This document shows positions 32,809 to 43,616 of a stretch of 64,000 nt of DNA, one piece after another. This DNA comes from Acidobacteriota bacterium (GTDB lineage Bacteria > Acidobacteriota > UBA890 > WLXD01), in assembly GCA_965248695.1 (NCBI GenBank), contig CBDFKD010000002.1, positions 3,424,001 to 3,488,000 on the forward strand, read 5' to 3'. The first letter of the stretch is position 1. Every line of letters starts with the position of its first letter. A program made the position numbers and the translations under genes. The notes below the pieces were generated by a model. The model was not told the origin of the DNA and made no database searches. It saw only the letters and a program-made list of their open reading frames with translations.

Positions 32809-35781
32809 ATGCCAAGATTGCCCCACCTCAAGCTCTCCGCGCTGCTCGCACTCGTTGTCTGCATCGGCACAAGCACCGCCGCGACGCCTCAGGAAGGTGC
32901 ATCGCTGACCCAGGACCTGCGCTGGCGTAACATCGGCCCGGCCAACATGACCGGGCGCATCGCGTCCATCGACGCGCTCGAGACGGACCACCGCACGGTG
33001 CTCGTGGCCTCGGCGTCCGGCGGCGTCTTCCTGAGCCACAACGCCGGGCTCACCTGGAAACCGATCTTCGACAACGCCGACGGCGCCGGATCGATCGGCG
33101 CCGCGGTGCTGTTCCAGGCCGACCCCGACGTCATCTGGGTGGGCACCGGCGAGGCTGCCAACCGAAACAGCAGCGGCTGGGGGGATGGCGTTTGGCGCAC
33201 CACCGATGGCGGCGACACCTGGGACCATCTCGGTCTCGCCGATACGCACCACATAGCCGAGATCGCCCTCCACCCCACCGACCCGGATGTGGCCTACGTC
33301 GCCTCGCCGGGTCATCTATGGGGATATGACGGCGACCGGGGCCTATTCAAGACGGTCAACGGCGGCGCCAGCTGGACGAGGCTCGGCGGCGGATTGCCGG
33401 AAGACAGCAAGACCGGATGCACCGAGATCATCATGCAGCCTGGAAATCCCGAGGTGCTCTACGCCGGTTTCTACCACCGCCTGCGGCAACCGGCGACGAT
33501 GGTCAGTGGAGGCGAGCAGGGCGGCCTGTACAAAAGCACCGATGGCGGCGCCACCTGGCGGCAGCTGACCAACGGGCTGCCGGCAGCCACGGGAATGATC
33601 GACGTCGCCATCCGTCACGGCGACCCACGCATGGTGGTGGCGGCAATCGAAGCCGATCAGAACATCGCCTTCGACGGCGATAGGCACGCCTCGGAAAACC
33701 CGCCGGGCCCCGGAATCTACATCTCCCGCGACGCCGGCGAGACCTGGACGTACGCGCTGCGCACCAACGTCAGGCCCTTCTACCACGGGCAGGTCGAGGT
33801 CGACCCCACCGACCCGGACCGCATCTACTCGGTCGGGCGTGAGTTCAAGGTCACCAAGGACGGCGGCGAGACCTGGATCGATCGCTGGTGGGGCGGCGGC
33901 GGCGACGACCACGACCTGTGGATCGCGCCCGACGACGGCTCCGTCCGCTACATGGCCACCGATCAGGGCGCCTACTTGACGGTCGACGACGGCGAAACGG
34001 TGCTGGGTTTCAACAACATGGCGATCGGGCAGTACTACAAGATCGGCGTCGACATGCGCGACCCGTACTGGGTGATCGGCGGGCTCCAGGACAACGCCAT
34101 CTGGCAGGGGCCCAGCAACTCACGTGAGGTGCGCGGCATCCTCAATCTGCACAACACCTGGCTGGCCGAGGGAGATGGCTCCGCATCCTGGGTCGACCCG
34201 ACCGACTGGCGTACCGCCTACGCCGTCAATCACGTGGGCTTCGCGGCGCGGCTCAACGTCGAGACCCGCGACCATACCTACATCACGCCGACGCCGGAGA
34301 CCGTGGTCAACTTCGACGACTACGCCGATCCCGAGTACGACGAGGAACCGATCGACTACACCATCGACCCAGGAGAGCATTGGTTCTTCCGCGAACGCCC
34401 GGAGCGGCCGCTGCTGCCGCCACAGTTCCGCTTCAACTGGAACAGCCCGCTACTGATCTCGCCCAGCAACCCGCACACGATTTATTTCGCCGGCAACCAT
34501 CTTTTCAAGTCCGTCGATCGTGGCGACAGCTGGCGCATCATCAGCCCCGATCTGAGCACCAACGACGAAACGCTGCGTAACCCGTCCAGCCAGGGTGGCA
34601 TGACCCGTAGCGTCACCGGCGGCGAGAACCACTTCACGATCTTTGCCATCGACGAGTCGCCGCTCGATCCGGCGCTCGTATGGGCCGGAACCGACGACGG
34701 CAACGTGCAGCTGACGCGGGATGCCGGTATCTCCTGGCGCAATGTTCGCGACGCGATCCCCGGCATCCCGAGCAAGATCTGGGTTGCCAGCATCCGGGCG
34801 TCGCACCATGCCGCCTGCCGCGCATTCGTGGCGCTCGACAATCATCGGCGCGACGACTTTCGTGCCTATGTGTATCGCACCGATGACTGCGGTGCGTCCT
34901 GGGCGGACATATCGGCCACTCTGCCGAACGACGGCAGCACGTACGTGATCGTCGAGGATCCGGTGAACCCGGATCTACTGTTCGTGGGCACCGAGTTCGC
35001 CGTCTTCACATCGGTGGACGCCGGCCGCAGCTGGACGCGCCTGGTGAACAACCTGCCGCGCGTCGCCGCGCGCGACCTGCTGGTGCATCCGCGCGATGGC
35101 GATCTCGTCGTCGGCACGCACGGCCGCGCCATCTGGATCCTCGACGACATCTCCCCGCTGCGGCAGACAACGGCAGAGGTCACGGCGAGCGCCGCCTGGC
35201 TGTACGAGCCGCGGCGCGCAACACGCTGGGCGCGCATCAACCTGGGGCGCAAGCAACCCGACTTCCTCTTCCGCGGCGAGAACCCTCCGTACGGCGCCCT
35301 ACTGCACTTCTGGCTGCGCGAGGCGCCAGGCGATGGTGCGACGCTACGAGTGGAGGAGATCCTCGGGGATCGGCAGCAAACGATCGACGTGGAAGCCAAG
35401 GCGGGCCTCAACCGCGCGCGCTGGGACCTGTCGTTCTCCCCCACCGACGCCGACCGACGCAATTTCCGTGACCATCTCCGCGAGGTACTGCGAACGCTGG
35501 CCAGTCGGGTGGACACGTCCGCCCTTCAGCGTCAGCTTGATGCCCTCAGCGGGCGCCTCGACGCGATCGATCTGGCATCAGATGACGTCGATCGTGACCT
35601 CAACGCCGTGCGCGGCGCCTTCGTCGGCGGCTTCGCTATGTACGCCGGCGGCCGGCCGCTGTTCGGCGACAAGATCGGTCCCAATGAGGCGCAGCCGGGC
35701 ACCTACCGCGTCGTGCTCGAGGTCGGGGACCGGACTCTGGAACGCAGGCTCGTTGTGCGGGACGATCCGTTGCGCCACTGA
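32809..35781 (+). CDS. Secreted BNR/Asp-box (VPS10/sortilin-like) beta-propeller protein, putative glycosyl hydrolase
   Basis: WRNIGPANMTGRI start, many S/T.DGG.TW Asp-boxes, signal peptide. Confidence 0.88.
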   Translation: MPRLPHLKLSALLALVVCIGTSTAATPQEGASLTQDLRWRNIGPANMTGRIASIDALETDHRTVLVASASGGVFLSHNAGLTWKPIFDNADGAGSIGAAVLFQADPDVIWVGTGEAANRNSSGWGDGVWRTTDGGDTWDHLGLADTHHIAEIALHPTDPDVAYVASPGHLWGYDGDRGLFKTVNGGASWTRLGGGLPEDSKTGCTEIIMQPGNPEVLYAGFYHRLRQPATMVSGGEQGGLYKSTDGGATWRQLTNGLPAATGMIDVAIRHGDPRMVVAAIEADQNIAFDGDRHASENPPGPGIYISRDAGETWTYALRTNVRPFYHGQVEVDPTDPDRIYSVGREFKVTKDGGETWIDRWWGGGGDDHDLWIAPDDGSVRYMATDQGAYLTVDDGETVLGFNNMAIGQYYKIGVDMRDPYWVIGGLQDNAIWQGPSNSREVRGILNLHNTWLAEGDGSASWVDPTDWRTAYAVNHVGFAARLNVETRDHTYITPTPETVVNFDDYADPEYDEEPIDYTIDPGEHWFFRERPERPLLPPQFRFNWNSPLLISPSNPHTIYFAGNHLFKSVDRGDSWRIISPDLSTNDETLRNPSSQGGMTRSVTGGENHFTIFAIDESPLDPALVWAGTDDGNVQLTRDAGISWRNVRDAIPGIPSKIWVASIRASHHAACRAFVALDNHRRDDFRAYVYRTDDCGASWADISATLPNDGSTYVIVEDPVNPDLLFVGTEFAVFTSVDAGRSWTRLVNNLPRVAARDLLVHPRDGDLVVGTHGRAIWILDDISPLRQTTAEVTASAAWLYEPRRATRWARINLGRKQPDFLFRGENPPYGALLHFWLREAPGDGATLRVEEILGDRQQTIDVEAKAGLNRARWDLSFSPTDADRRNFRDHLREVLRTLASRVDTSALQRQLDALSGRLDAIDLASDDVDRDLNAVRGAFVGGFAMYAGGRPLFGDKIGPNEAQPGTYRVVLEVGDRTLERRLVVRDDPLRH

Positions 35782-35853
35782 GGCATCACACTGCGTGGCT
35801 GAGCCATCGCGCTGCGCCGTTGAGCCGTCGTCCTGACGTCGAGCTGCAGGCGC

Positions 35854-36795
35854 TCAGTCGGCTGTTCTCATGCGCAGACTGCGCCGCATGAACCGGCTCT
35901 CTCGGGCCAGCACATACAGGCCGCTGGTGATGATCACCCCCGCCCCGATCAGCATGCCGACGGTTGGCACCTCGGCCCATATCAAGTAGCCGAGCGCCAT
36001 CGCCCACACGAGATGGGTGTAGTCGAAGGGGGCAACCACGTACACCGGGGCCATTCGGTACGCCTGGATCATGGCGTAGTGAGAGACGCCACCGAGCAGC
36101 CCCAGCGCCAGCAGCAGGACGACGTCCGTGCCACCAGGCGTTACCCAGTAGAAGGGCCACGTGACGATCGAAACCAGCCCCATGAACACGGCACTGTAGA
36201 TGAGCATCGCAGCGGCCGACTCCGTGCGGCTCAATCGACGTGTCTCGATCATCATCAGGGCGTAGAAGAAACTCGACGCCAGTGCTGCGATCCCGGCCCA
36301 GTCGGTGGCCGCGTTGCCGGTCGGCCGGACGATGATCACGACACCGAAGAAGCCGATCAGCAACGCCGTCCAGCGGTGCACGCCGACATGCTCGCCAAGC
36401 AGCGGCCCCGACAGCGCCGTGATAATCAGCGGCGCCGAGAAGACGATCGCCGCTACTTCCCCGAGTGGCAACGCCGATATGGCGACATAGAACGTCAGCC
36501 AAGTGGCGAACGTCAGCCCACAGCGCAGCAGGTGCCGACGCGGCCGGCGCGTGCGCAACCGCTGCAGCCCGCCTTCCGCCCGTAGCAGGAACGCCGCCGG
36601 GACAAGCATCACCAAGCTGCGCACGCCGAGGATCTGCATGATCGGGTAGTCGGCAACCAGCAGCTTTATGATCGCGTCCTGGAGCGCGAATAGGGCCACC
36701 GCGAACAGGACGCAGGCAATCGCCAGCGGCGGACTTCGATCATCCACCGGCATCGATTGCGGCGGCGCAACCGCCAGCTCTTCGGGGGCCTTCAT
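35854..36795 (-). CDS. DMT/EamA family transporter
   Basis: ~10 TM, LLGEHVG..RW, APFDY. Confidence 0.9.
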   Translation of the reverse strand: MKAPEELAVAPPQSMPVDDRSPPLAIACVLFAVALFALQDAIIKLLVADYPIMQILGVRSLVMLVPAAFLLRAEGGLQRLRTRRPRRHLLRCGLTFATWLTFYVAISALPLGEVAAIVFSAPLIITALSGPLLGEHVGVHRWTALLIGFFGVVIIVRPTGNAATDWAGIAALASSFFYALMMIETRRLSRTESAAAMLIYSAVFMGLVSIVTWPFYWVTPGGTDVVLLLALGLLGGVSHYAMIQAYRMAPVYVVAPFDYTHLVWAMALGYLIWAEVPTVGMLIGAGVIITSGLYVLARESRFMRRSLRMRTAD

Positions 36796-37138
36796 CGCTG
36801 TGCCTTCAAGGCGTGGGCGCCACTTCTGGCGCCAGCTCGAGGTCGTCCGGTCACGCCGCTGACGGCTGGTGGCAGCGGTGCCCTATCATACTCGCCGACG
36901 CTCTCCGATCCGATCTCCGAGGAGACCAATGCCTGGTTGCCGACTGGAGCTCAACGACGACGCCTGAGCCGGCCATGCAGCGAAAGTGCGGCCACCGGGG
37001 CGTGCAAGAGATTGCGGAAACTTCTTGCCAAAAGGCTTTCAGTACGCGCGCATGAGGACTAGGATCGCGCCGGGGGTCGCAAAAAACACAGGGGGTTGTC
37101 ATGCCTGAACGGCATGACCAGAAACGGGGAGGTGCCCG

Positions 37139-37396
37139 TTGCTACGTCTGTTAGCCCGGTGTACCTGCACAACAGCACGCGCGTGGAGTCTCGCTACCAT
37201 CACACCGTCGGGTTTCTTTTCGATCCCGCCGATCGAGAGGCCCGTTGACCCGGACGTCGACACTCACGTGTCGTCGGGCGCCAACGAAGGTTGGCTTGCC
37301 GGGTCGACGTCCGACTCCGGCGGCGGCAACGGTAGCGACGCCCAGGCAATCACCTCCACGGCGCTGCCGTGCGTCTGGCACGGCGATCGCACGTAA
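37139..37396 (+). CDS. Possible small hypothetical protein
   Basis: GGAGG then TTG; GC-rich third positions in the second half; no recognisable family. Confidence 0.25.
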   Translation: MLRLLARCTCTTARAWSLATITPSGFFSIPPIERPVDPDVDTHVSSGANEGWLAGSTSDSGGGNGSDAQAITSTALPCVWHGDRT

Positions 37397-37511
37397 TCAC
37401 CGTAGCACCAACAGACCGTCACCAACTTGTGCGCGCTCAGCGCGCGAGAGACGATCTTCGCCGGTCGCAGGTTTTCCGGCGATCGTCCGTATCCCCCTGG
37501 AGGTAGTACCC

Positions 37512-38261
37512 ATGTCCGATTCGATTCTCCGTGCCGCACGAACCACACAGGTTCACAGCGCGTGCCTGTTGCTGGGGGTAGTGTTGGCCATCGTCGTGGC
37601 GCCCGTTGCGGCGGTCCAACACGATGCCCTCAACGACCCCTCCCGACCCGAGGAGGACCGGGCGCGTGACGCAGGCAGCAAGCCTCTGGAGGTGTTCGAT
37701 TGGCTCGGGGTGACCGCCGGAAGCACGGTGGCCGATCTAATTCCCGGCGGCGGCTACAACAGCCACGTGCTGGCCCACGTGGTCGGCGCCTCGGGGCGTG
37801 TCTACAGTGTCGGAACGAGCGCTGATGGCGAGAAGAGTCTGGCGGAGCGATTCGCGGCTGCCGGGCTGGACAACGTCGAGGCGCACGAGAACCTGTCCAG
37901 CATCCCGGATGCGAGCGTCGACGTCTACGTCGTGGTGCGCAACGTACACGACATGCTCATCCCCGATGTCGCCGAGCAGTACGGAATGCAGCCGGATCCC
38001 ATCTTCGCCGAGCTCGTGCGCTCACTGAAGCCCGGTGGAGTACTCGGGGTGATCGACTCGCGCGCGCCAGGTGAAGGAATCGACAGCGAAACGCACCGCG
38101 TGTCCGAGGCGTTCGTGATCGCCGCGGTCGAGTCGCGCGGCTTCGAGCTCGTCGACCGTTCCGAGTTGCTCGCCAACCCCGGCGAGGACTTCGCTCAGCC
38201 GTACTGGGATAGCCGCTTCACGATGGATCGCATGCTGCTCAAGTTCCGCAAATCGAGCTGA
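37512..38261 (+). CDS. Exported class I SAM-dependent methyltransferase-like protein
   Basis: R.EEDRARD..SKP, VADLIPGGGY, LKPGGVLGVID, SELLANP; signal peptide; GGAGG RBS. Confidence 0.82.
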   Translation: MSDSILRAARTTQVHSACLLLGVVLAIVVAPVAAVQHDALNDPSRPEEDRARDAGSKPLEVFDWLGVTAGSTVADLIPGGGYNSHVLAHVVGASGRVYSVGTSADGEKSLAERFAAAGLDNVEAHENLSSIPDASVDVYVVVRNVHDMLIPDVAEQYGMQPDPIFAELVRSLKPGGVLGVIDSRAPGEGIDSETHRVSEAFVIAAVESRGFELVDRSELLANPGEDFAQPYWDSRFTMDRMLLKFRKSS

Positions 38262-38416
38262 GGGCACACTGGCGCGGTCGCCGGTAGATGCTCGGCGGCC
38301 GCGCCTGCAGTAACCTTACGTATGCGGAAGTGGTGTGGGGGCCATGCCGCGTCCAGCGTCGCATCCACGGGGTTGCGCGCCGGCCACGTTTACGTCCCGA
38401 AATCGTGGGTGGTTCG

Positions 38417-38959
38417 ATGAGACGGTTGTGGGGATTCGGTGTGCTCGTTGTTTTCCTCGGCTGTGCCAGCCCGGCGCTGGCGCAGGGGTTGCAGGCCCAG
38501 GGTCCGTACATCGCCGGGTCGGCTGGCGCGGCTCTCGTACGGCTCGACATCGACGACATCAACCTCATCGACGACACGACGATCGCCTGGAAGGCGGGTG
38601 CCGGCTATCGGTCGCGGAACATCGCCTTCGAGGTCGACTATCGGTCGCTGCGCGAGCTTACCGCCATCTTCCCGGGCGCTGATCTCACCGCCCGCACGAC
38701 CGGCCTCCAGGCATCGATGCTGTTGATCCTGCCCGCGGGTCCGTTCGAGATCTTCGGGCGCGGCGGCTGGTTCCGCTGGAAGCACGAAACCGGCATCATC
38801 GACGAGATCACGGAAACGAAGGGAACCGATTTCGCATATGGAGGCGGCGCCGCATTGCGAGCGGGCACTTTCTCGCTACGAGTCGAGTACGAGCGCTTCA
38901 ACGTCGACTTTCTCCGCGACCTGCAGATGGTGACCGTCGGAATCACAATCGGGTTCTAA
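38417..38959 (+). CDS. Outer-membrane beta-barrel (OmpA-TM/porin family)
   Basis: Signal peptide, GPYIAGSAG, amphipathic strands, RVEYERF, C-terminal Phe. Confidence 0.8.
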   Translation: MRRLWGFGVLVVFLGCASPALAQGLQAQGPYIAGSAGAALVRLDIDDINLIDDTTIAWKAGAGYRSRNIAFEVDYRSLRELTAIFPGADLTARTTGLQASMLLILPAGPFEIFGRGGWFRWKHETGIIDEITETKGTDFAYGGGAALRAGTFSLRVEYERFNVDFLRDLQMVTVGITIGF

Positions 38960-39009
38960 TGGGCCTGTAACAGATGAACGCTGGCTATCGTGGTGGCGCT
39001 AGTGGCCTA
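38960..39009. repeat. Partial copy of the 48.8-kb MITE terminal repeat
   Basis: GGCCTGTAACAGATGAACGCTGGCTATCGTGGTGGCG resembles 48828-48864; followed by CTAGTGGCCTA, identical to 48823-48833. Confidence 0.65.
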
Positions 39010-41886
39010 CTCGTAGCGCAGCACGTCCATCGGGTCGATCCGTGTGGCGCGCCGCGCCGGGATCCACACCGCGAGCAGCGCCACTGCCAGGAAGACCAGC
39101 GCCACCACCGACAGCGAGACCGGATCCGTCGGCTCGATCTCGTAGAGCATCGATTCGAGCAAGCGCGTCAAGGTGAGCGCCGCCGTGATTCCGAGGCCCA
39201 GACCGACAATTGCCAGCAGCATTCCCTGACTGAGAATGCGGCGCAGGATGCCGCCCACAGGGGCTCCCAGCGCGCGGCGGATCGCCGTATCGCGCACGCC
39301 TTGCTGTACCGAGTACGACAGCATGCCGTAGATCCCGACCGCCGCCAGCGACAGGGCAAGCAACGCAAACGCTGCCACCAGGCTGGCGTAGAAACGCGGC
39401 TCGGCCACCGAATCGGAGAGTCGATCGCGGATCGTAGCGGCGCTCAGCACCAGCAGCCGAGCTTCCGACTGGCGTAGCGTCGTGCGCACCGCGGGCAACA
39501 CGCTCAACGGAGCCGGTCCGGTTCGAATCAGCAAGTGCGCCGTCCTGAACAACATCGGCACCATGCGCTCCGACGCCTGACGGTACGGAAGGAAAATGTC
39601 CGCTTGCGGCGTCGGATCGACGCCGGCAGTTCGAACGTCCTCGACGACGCCGACGATCTCGAGCTCCTGCCCGCCAATGAAGGGCATCTTCTCGCCCACC
39701 GGGTCGCGATCCCCGAACATCGCCTCCTTGCCCGAGCGGCTCAGAACAGCCACCGCTAGCGTCTCCGGTCGATCATCGCGGTTGATGAGCCGGCCGGCGG
39801 CGGGCGTGGCTCTCAGGGCGTCGAAATATCCGTTCTCCACCATGCGTACGCCCACCGGCGTCGGACGTTGCTCCGGGGCGCTGGGGCCTTCGTCGCGCTG
39901 CGTCGACATCGCGATACGGATGTTCGCCGGCAGATAAGGCGGCTGGCTGGCAACCGTCGCGGAGAGGATCCCTGGCACGCTCTCGAGTCGACCCACCAGG
40001 TCGTCGTAGTAGTTCAGGTGCGATGCCGCGTCGGGGTAGGCGTTGGCAGGCAGGCTGATGTGCAGGTGCAACAAGTTGTTGGGGTCATAGCCAGGGTCGA
40101 CGCTCGTCAACCGGATGAAGCTCGCCATCAGCAGACCCGCGCCGACAAGCAGCACGACCGACATTGCCACCTCGGCGGTCACCAGCAGCTGGCGCAGCGC
40201 GTTACGGCCCAGTCCCCGGGTCAGCCCGGAGCTGGCGAACTCGTCCTTCAAGGCACGGGTCAGATCGAGGCGCGACGCACCGCGCGCCGGCATCAGGCTG
40301 AACAACGAAGCAGTGACCAACGTGACCAGGAGCGTGAACCCGAGCACGCGAACGTCAACACCAACCCCCTCGAGTCGCGGAATGAACTCCGGGCCCAGGG
40401 CGGCAAGCAACCGCAGACCACCGAACGCCATTGCCAGGCCGAGTACGCCCCCAGCCACCGCCAACAGCAAGCTCTCGATGAACAGATAGCGCGACAGTCT
40501 CCACGCACCGGCACCGAGCGCCGACCGCACCGCGGTTTCCTTGCGACGCTCTACCGAGCGCGCGGTCACCAAATTGGCGACGTTGGCGCAGGCGATCAGC
40601 AAGACGAACCCGACGGCCCCCATGAGCATCAGAAGCGATCTGCGCACCGAACCGACGACCTCTTCCTGCATGGAGATCACCTCGGCGGTGCGATCGCCCA
40701 GCGTGGCGACGTCCTCCTGACGCAGCCCACGCACCAGCGCCGTGCCCTCCTCGGAGGCCATGTTCAACGTGACTCCCGGAGTCAGCCGAGCGACCACGCG
40801 GCCCCAGAGCTCGAAATGGGCCTCGGCTTGGTCGCCGTCGTCTCCTTGGTCGCCGCCCTGGCCGCCACCCTCCTGGCCGCCGCCTGGGCCCTGGCCACCG
40901 CCGTCGGGGCCACCTGCCTGACCGGATTCCCCGGCACCACCTCGACGTACGTTGCGCTCGCTGCGAACCGAGGTTCCCTGTCGACTCGCCTCTTCCGCTC
41001 CACCTGCTGGATCAGGCGGCGATGCCAGCATCGGTACGTAGTACTCGACGGAGGCATCAGGAAACTGGAACCCCGGTCGAGTGACGCCAACGACGGTTCG
41101 ACTGCGGTCGTCGAGACGCAGCTCGGTCCCCACGACAGCAGGATCGCCACCGAAATACCGTTGCCAGGCACGGTGTCCCAGAACGATGACCCCGTCTTGC
41201 CCGCGCTCTTCCTCGTCGGGAGTAAACGTGCGCCCAACCATCGCATCGATCCGCAACAACGGGAACAGGGCCGGCGACGCCGCCAGCCCATTGAGCCTCA
41301 CTGGCTCCTCCAGGCTCGTGATGGTGGCTTCCTGCTGTGAGTACATCGCCATCTGCTCGAACGAGCGACTGTCGGAGCGCCAGGCCAGGAAGAGGTTCTG
41401 CGACGCGCCCGCGCGGCTGATCCCCTCGAGCTCCCCGTCGCCACGTTCATTGACGACCACAATGTCCGCCGGCTGGTCGTACGGCAGCGGCCGCAGCAAC
41501 ACGCCGTCGACGACGCTGAAAATGGCGCTGTTCGCACCGATCGCCAGCGCCAGGGTCACCACCACCACACCGCTGAACGCCGGCGTCTTCACCAGCGCAC
41601 GCGCCGCCTGTCGCACGTCCTGCAGCAGGTTCATCATCCACTCCGTTGACCACCCCGTGTCCGGGGCGCTCGTGTTCTCAGGGCGGCCGCGTCCATAGGG
41701 GCTGCGTGCAAGGCTCAGCACGTCGACCCAGTACTTCGCCGCGGCTCGCCGGCGTCCATGACTCTGCAATCGGAGCTCGAATAGCTCCTGAATGTCTCCT
41801 TCCACTACATCTCGATAGCGCGGTCGGCATAGCCGGCGCAGCAGCCACGCTGCGGCGGCTGGAGGCGACGGCGTCTGGTCAGGCAT
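39007..41886 (-). CDS. ADOP-family (MacB/FtsX duplicated) ABC permease
   Basis: [48 protein letters not shown]; N-terminal prefix domain; downstream of PadR. Confidence 0.93.
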   Translation of the reverse strand: MPDQTPSPPAAAAWLLRRLCRPRYRDVVEGDIQELFELRLQSHGRRRAAAKYWVDVLSLARSPYGRGRPENTSAPDTGWSTEWMMNLLQDVRQAARALVKTPAFSGVVVVTLALAIGANSAIFSVVDGVLLRPLPYDQPADIVVVNERGDGELEGISRAGASQNLFLAWRSDSRSFEQMAMYSQQEATITSLEEPVRLNGLAASPALFPLLRIDAMVGRTFTPDEEERGQDGVIVLGHRAWQRYFGGDPAVVGTELRLDDRSRTVVGVTRPGFQFPDASVEYYVPMLASPPDPAGGAEEASRQGTSVRSERNVRRGGAGESGQAGGPDGGGQGPGGGQEGGGQGGDQGDDGDQAEAHFELWGRVVARLTPGVTLNMASEEGTALVRGLRQEDVATLGDRTAEVISMQEEVVGSVRRSLLMLMGAVGFVLLIACANVANLVTARSVERRKETAVRSALGAGAWRLSRYLFIESLLLAVAGGVLGLAMAFGGLRLLAALGPEFIPRLEGVGVDVRVLGFTLLVTLVTASLFSLMPARGASRLDLTRALKDEFASSGLTRGLGRNALRQLLVTAEVAMSVVLLVGAGLLMASFIRLTSVDPGYDPNNLLHLHISLPANAYPDAASHLNYYDDLVGRLESVPGILSATVASQPPYLPANIRIAMSTQRDEGPSAPEQRPTPVGVRMVENGYFDALRATPAAGRLINRDDRPETLAVAVLSRSGKEAMFGDRDPVGEKMPFIGGQELEIVGVVEDVRTAGVDPTPQADIFLPYRQASERMVPMLFRTAHLLIRTGPAPLSVLPAVRTTLRQSEARLLVLSAATIRDRLSDSVAEPRFYASLVAAFALLALSLAAVGIYGMLSYSVQQGVRDTAIRRALGAPVGGILRRILSQGMLLAIVGLGLGITAALTLTRLLESMLYEIEPTDPVSLSVVALVFLAVALLAVWIPARRATRIDPMDVLRYE

Positions 41887-42202
41887 CTCGCGGCGCCACC
41901 GACCGCCACATCGCCTCACGGTCGGCGCGCACCTGCTCGAGTGCTAAGCGACCGGCCTGCCGAAGCGTGAACAGTCTCTTGCGGCGCCCGCCGCGCGCTT
42001 TGCCGGGGTCACCGACGCGCGATCGCAAGTATCGTTTGCGCTGCAAACGATCGAGCGCCGAGTAGACCGCGCCAATAGTGACGGCCCGGCCGGTGCGCTG
42101 CTCGATCTGCTGCTGAACCCCGACACCGTACGCCGCGTCGCCAAGGCCGAGCACTGCCAACAGAACTAGCTCTTCGAGCTCGCCCAGATGCTTGCCTCTC
42201 AC
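41879..42202 (-). CDS. PadR-family transcriptional regulator
   Basis: LGELEELVLLAV, AYGV, GAVYSALDRL, RGGRRKRLF; GGAGG RBS before GTG. Confidence 0.9.
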   Translation of the reverse strand: MRGKHLGELEELVLLAVLGLGDAAYGVGVQQQIEQRTGRAVTIGAVYSALDRLQRKRYLRSRVGDPGKARGGRRKRLFTLRQAGRLALEQVRADREAMWRSVAPRDA

Positions 42203-42410
42203 TGCGACCTCCGGGACCGGGCCTCGGGCAGAAAATCCGCCATCCTTTGATGCGATGCTGCCTGTTGACGGAAAGTCGAGGGTTTCTTCGGCAAATGCGA
42301 ATATAGGCTGCCTCTGGCCGAGGTTCGCCGGCCAGGCGGCCGCAGCGTGCTGGTTGCCATCGGCGGCGCACAGGCAATGATATAGCATGGTCTGTTTGGA
42401 GCGTTGAGCC

Positions 42411-43616
42411 GTGCGTAGATCCAGTTTGCGAAATCGGCGCCGCGCGGTGGTGGTTGGCACTCTGCTGGTCGCGGCGGCCGCGTATGTAGTGCTGGTCCTG
42501 CGACCTGCGATGGCCGGGTTCGCTGCCAGCAGCGACAGAGCTTCCGCACTCGCCGACGAGCTCGACGATGCACAAGCCACGGTCGCGAGCATGGACGATC
42601 TGGAAAAGTCCGGCGAGCTCCTGGCGAACCGCGCGTCCGAGATCGGCTCCAGCATCGCGCTGAATGCCGCCGGCGGCGGGCTGGCGCCGACCGTCCAGGC
42701 GCTGCTCGAGGCCGCCAACGAGACAGGGATCGAGCTGGTCGCGCTCCGCACCTCGCCGCCCCTGGACTCGGACGAAACCGCGCGACGGCTTCTGGAGTTG
42801 GAAGGCTATGCTGGGCCCAGCGACTTCGCCGAGTTCATCGCCCGGATCCAGGGTTTGCGGCTCGACGAGTTTACGTTGGACGGGGCGGCGCGCCGCGGCG
42901 ACCCGTTGCGCTTCCTGGTGCGAGCGGCGATGCCGCCGTCGGAAGATGTCGCCGAGCTGATCGCCGCCGCCGATGGAGTGGAGTCGCGCGGCCTGCCCTC
43001 CGTTTCCGACTCGCTGTTCGCCCAGCCGGCCCGCCCGCGCCCAGCGAGCCCCGAGCCCGCGCCGACCAGCACCGAGCCGGTGCTGAACCTCGTAGGGGTT
43101 TCGTCGTTCGGCGCCGGCCGTTTGGCGGTCATTGTCGAGCCGACCACAGGACGAGATCACTTCGTCATGACCGGCGGCGCTGTCGGCGGATTCGTGGTCG
43201 AGGAGATCACCGAGTCCACAGTCACCCTACGTGGCGAAGGCGGCGGACGTACGCTGGCGCTGTCCGACACGGTGGCCATCGCACCCGCCGAGGTCGAGGA
43301 CGGTGCGCCAGAAGCGCTGCCGATCGACGGGTCGACGCCGATCTACCTCGCCGCACTGGGGGTGTCGGTAATCGAGCTACCGCTCGACGCGCATGGGGCG
43401 GCGAGCGCCGACAACGAGCGGCTCTTGGTAGTGGGTCTCGACGCCGCGGATTCTCCGCTTCGCGTCGGCGACTTGCTCCGCTCAATCGGCGTCATCCCGA
43501 TCCGCAGTGTGCTGGAAGCCGCTGCCGTCCTCGCCGCCACGAGTGTCGGCACCGAGCTCGAGATAGGGCTCAAGCGCGGCAATCAGCTGCTCGCCTTGGT
43601 GATCCCGAGCCGCTGA
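42411..43616 (+). CDS. Hypothetical T2SS/T4P assembly protein: PilO/GspM-like N-part + GspC/PilP-like middle + PDZ-like C-end
   Basis: TM + coiled coil, LNLVGV..G...LAVI...G..VGGFVVEEI....VTL, LRVGDLLRSI...LKRGNQ; upstream of the secretin. Confidence 0.55.
   Translation: MRRSSLRNRRRAVVVGTLLVAAAAYVVLVLRPAMAGFAASSDRASALADELDDAQATVASMDDLEKSGELLANRASEIGSSIALNAAGGGLAPTVQALLEAANETGIELVALRTSPPLDSDETARRLLELEGYAGPSDFAEFIARIQGLRLDEFTLDGAARRGDPLRFLVRAAMPPSEDVAELIAAADGVESRGLPSVSDSLFAQPARPRPASPEPAPTSTEPVLNLVGVSSFGAGRLAVIVEPTTGRDHFVMTGGAVGGFVVEEITESTVTLRGEGGGRTLALSDTVAIAPAEVEDGAPEALPIDGSTPIYLAALGVSVIELPLDAHGAASADNERLLVVGLDAADSPLRVGDLLRSIGVIPIRSVLEAAAVLAATSVGTELEIGLKRGNQLLALVIPSR

Noticed and set aside
37050-37135. 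Possible c-di-GMP-I riboswitch (GGGTCGCAAA followed by a hairpin)
   Set aside because: No GNRA tetraloop stem or convincing P1; needs an Rfam scan
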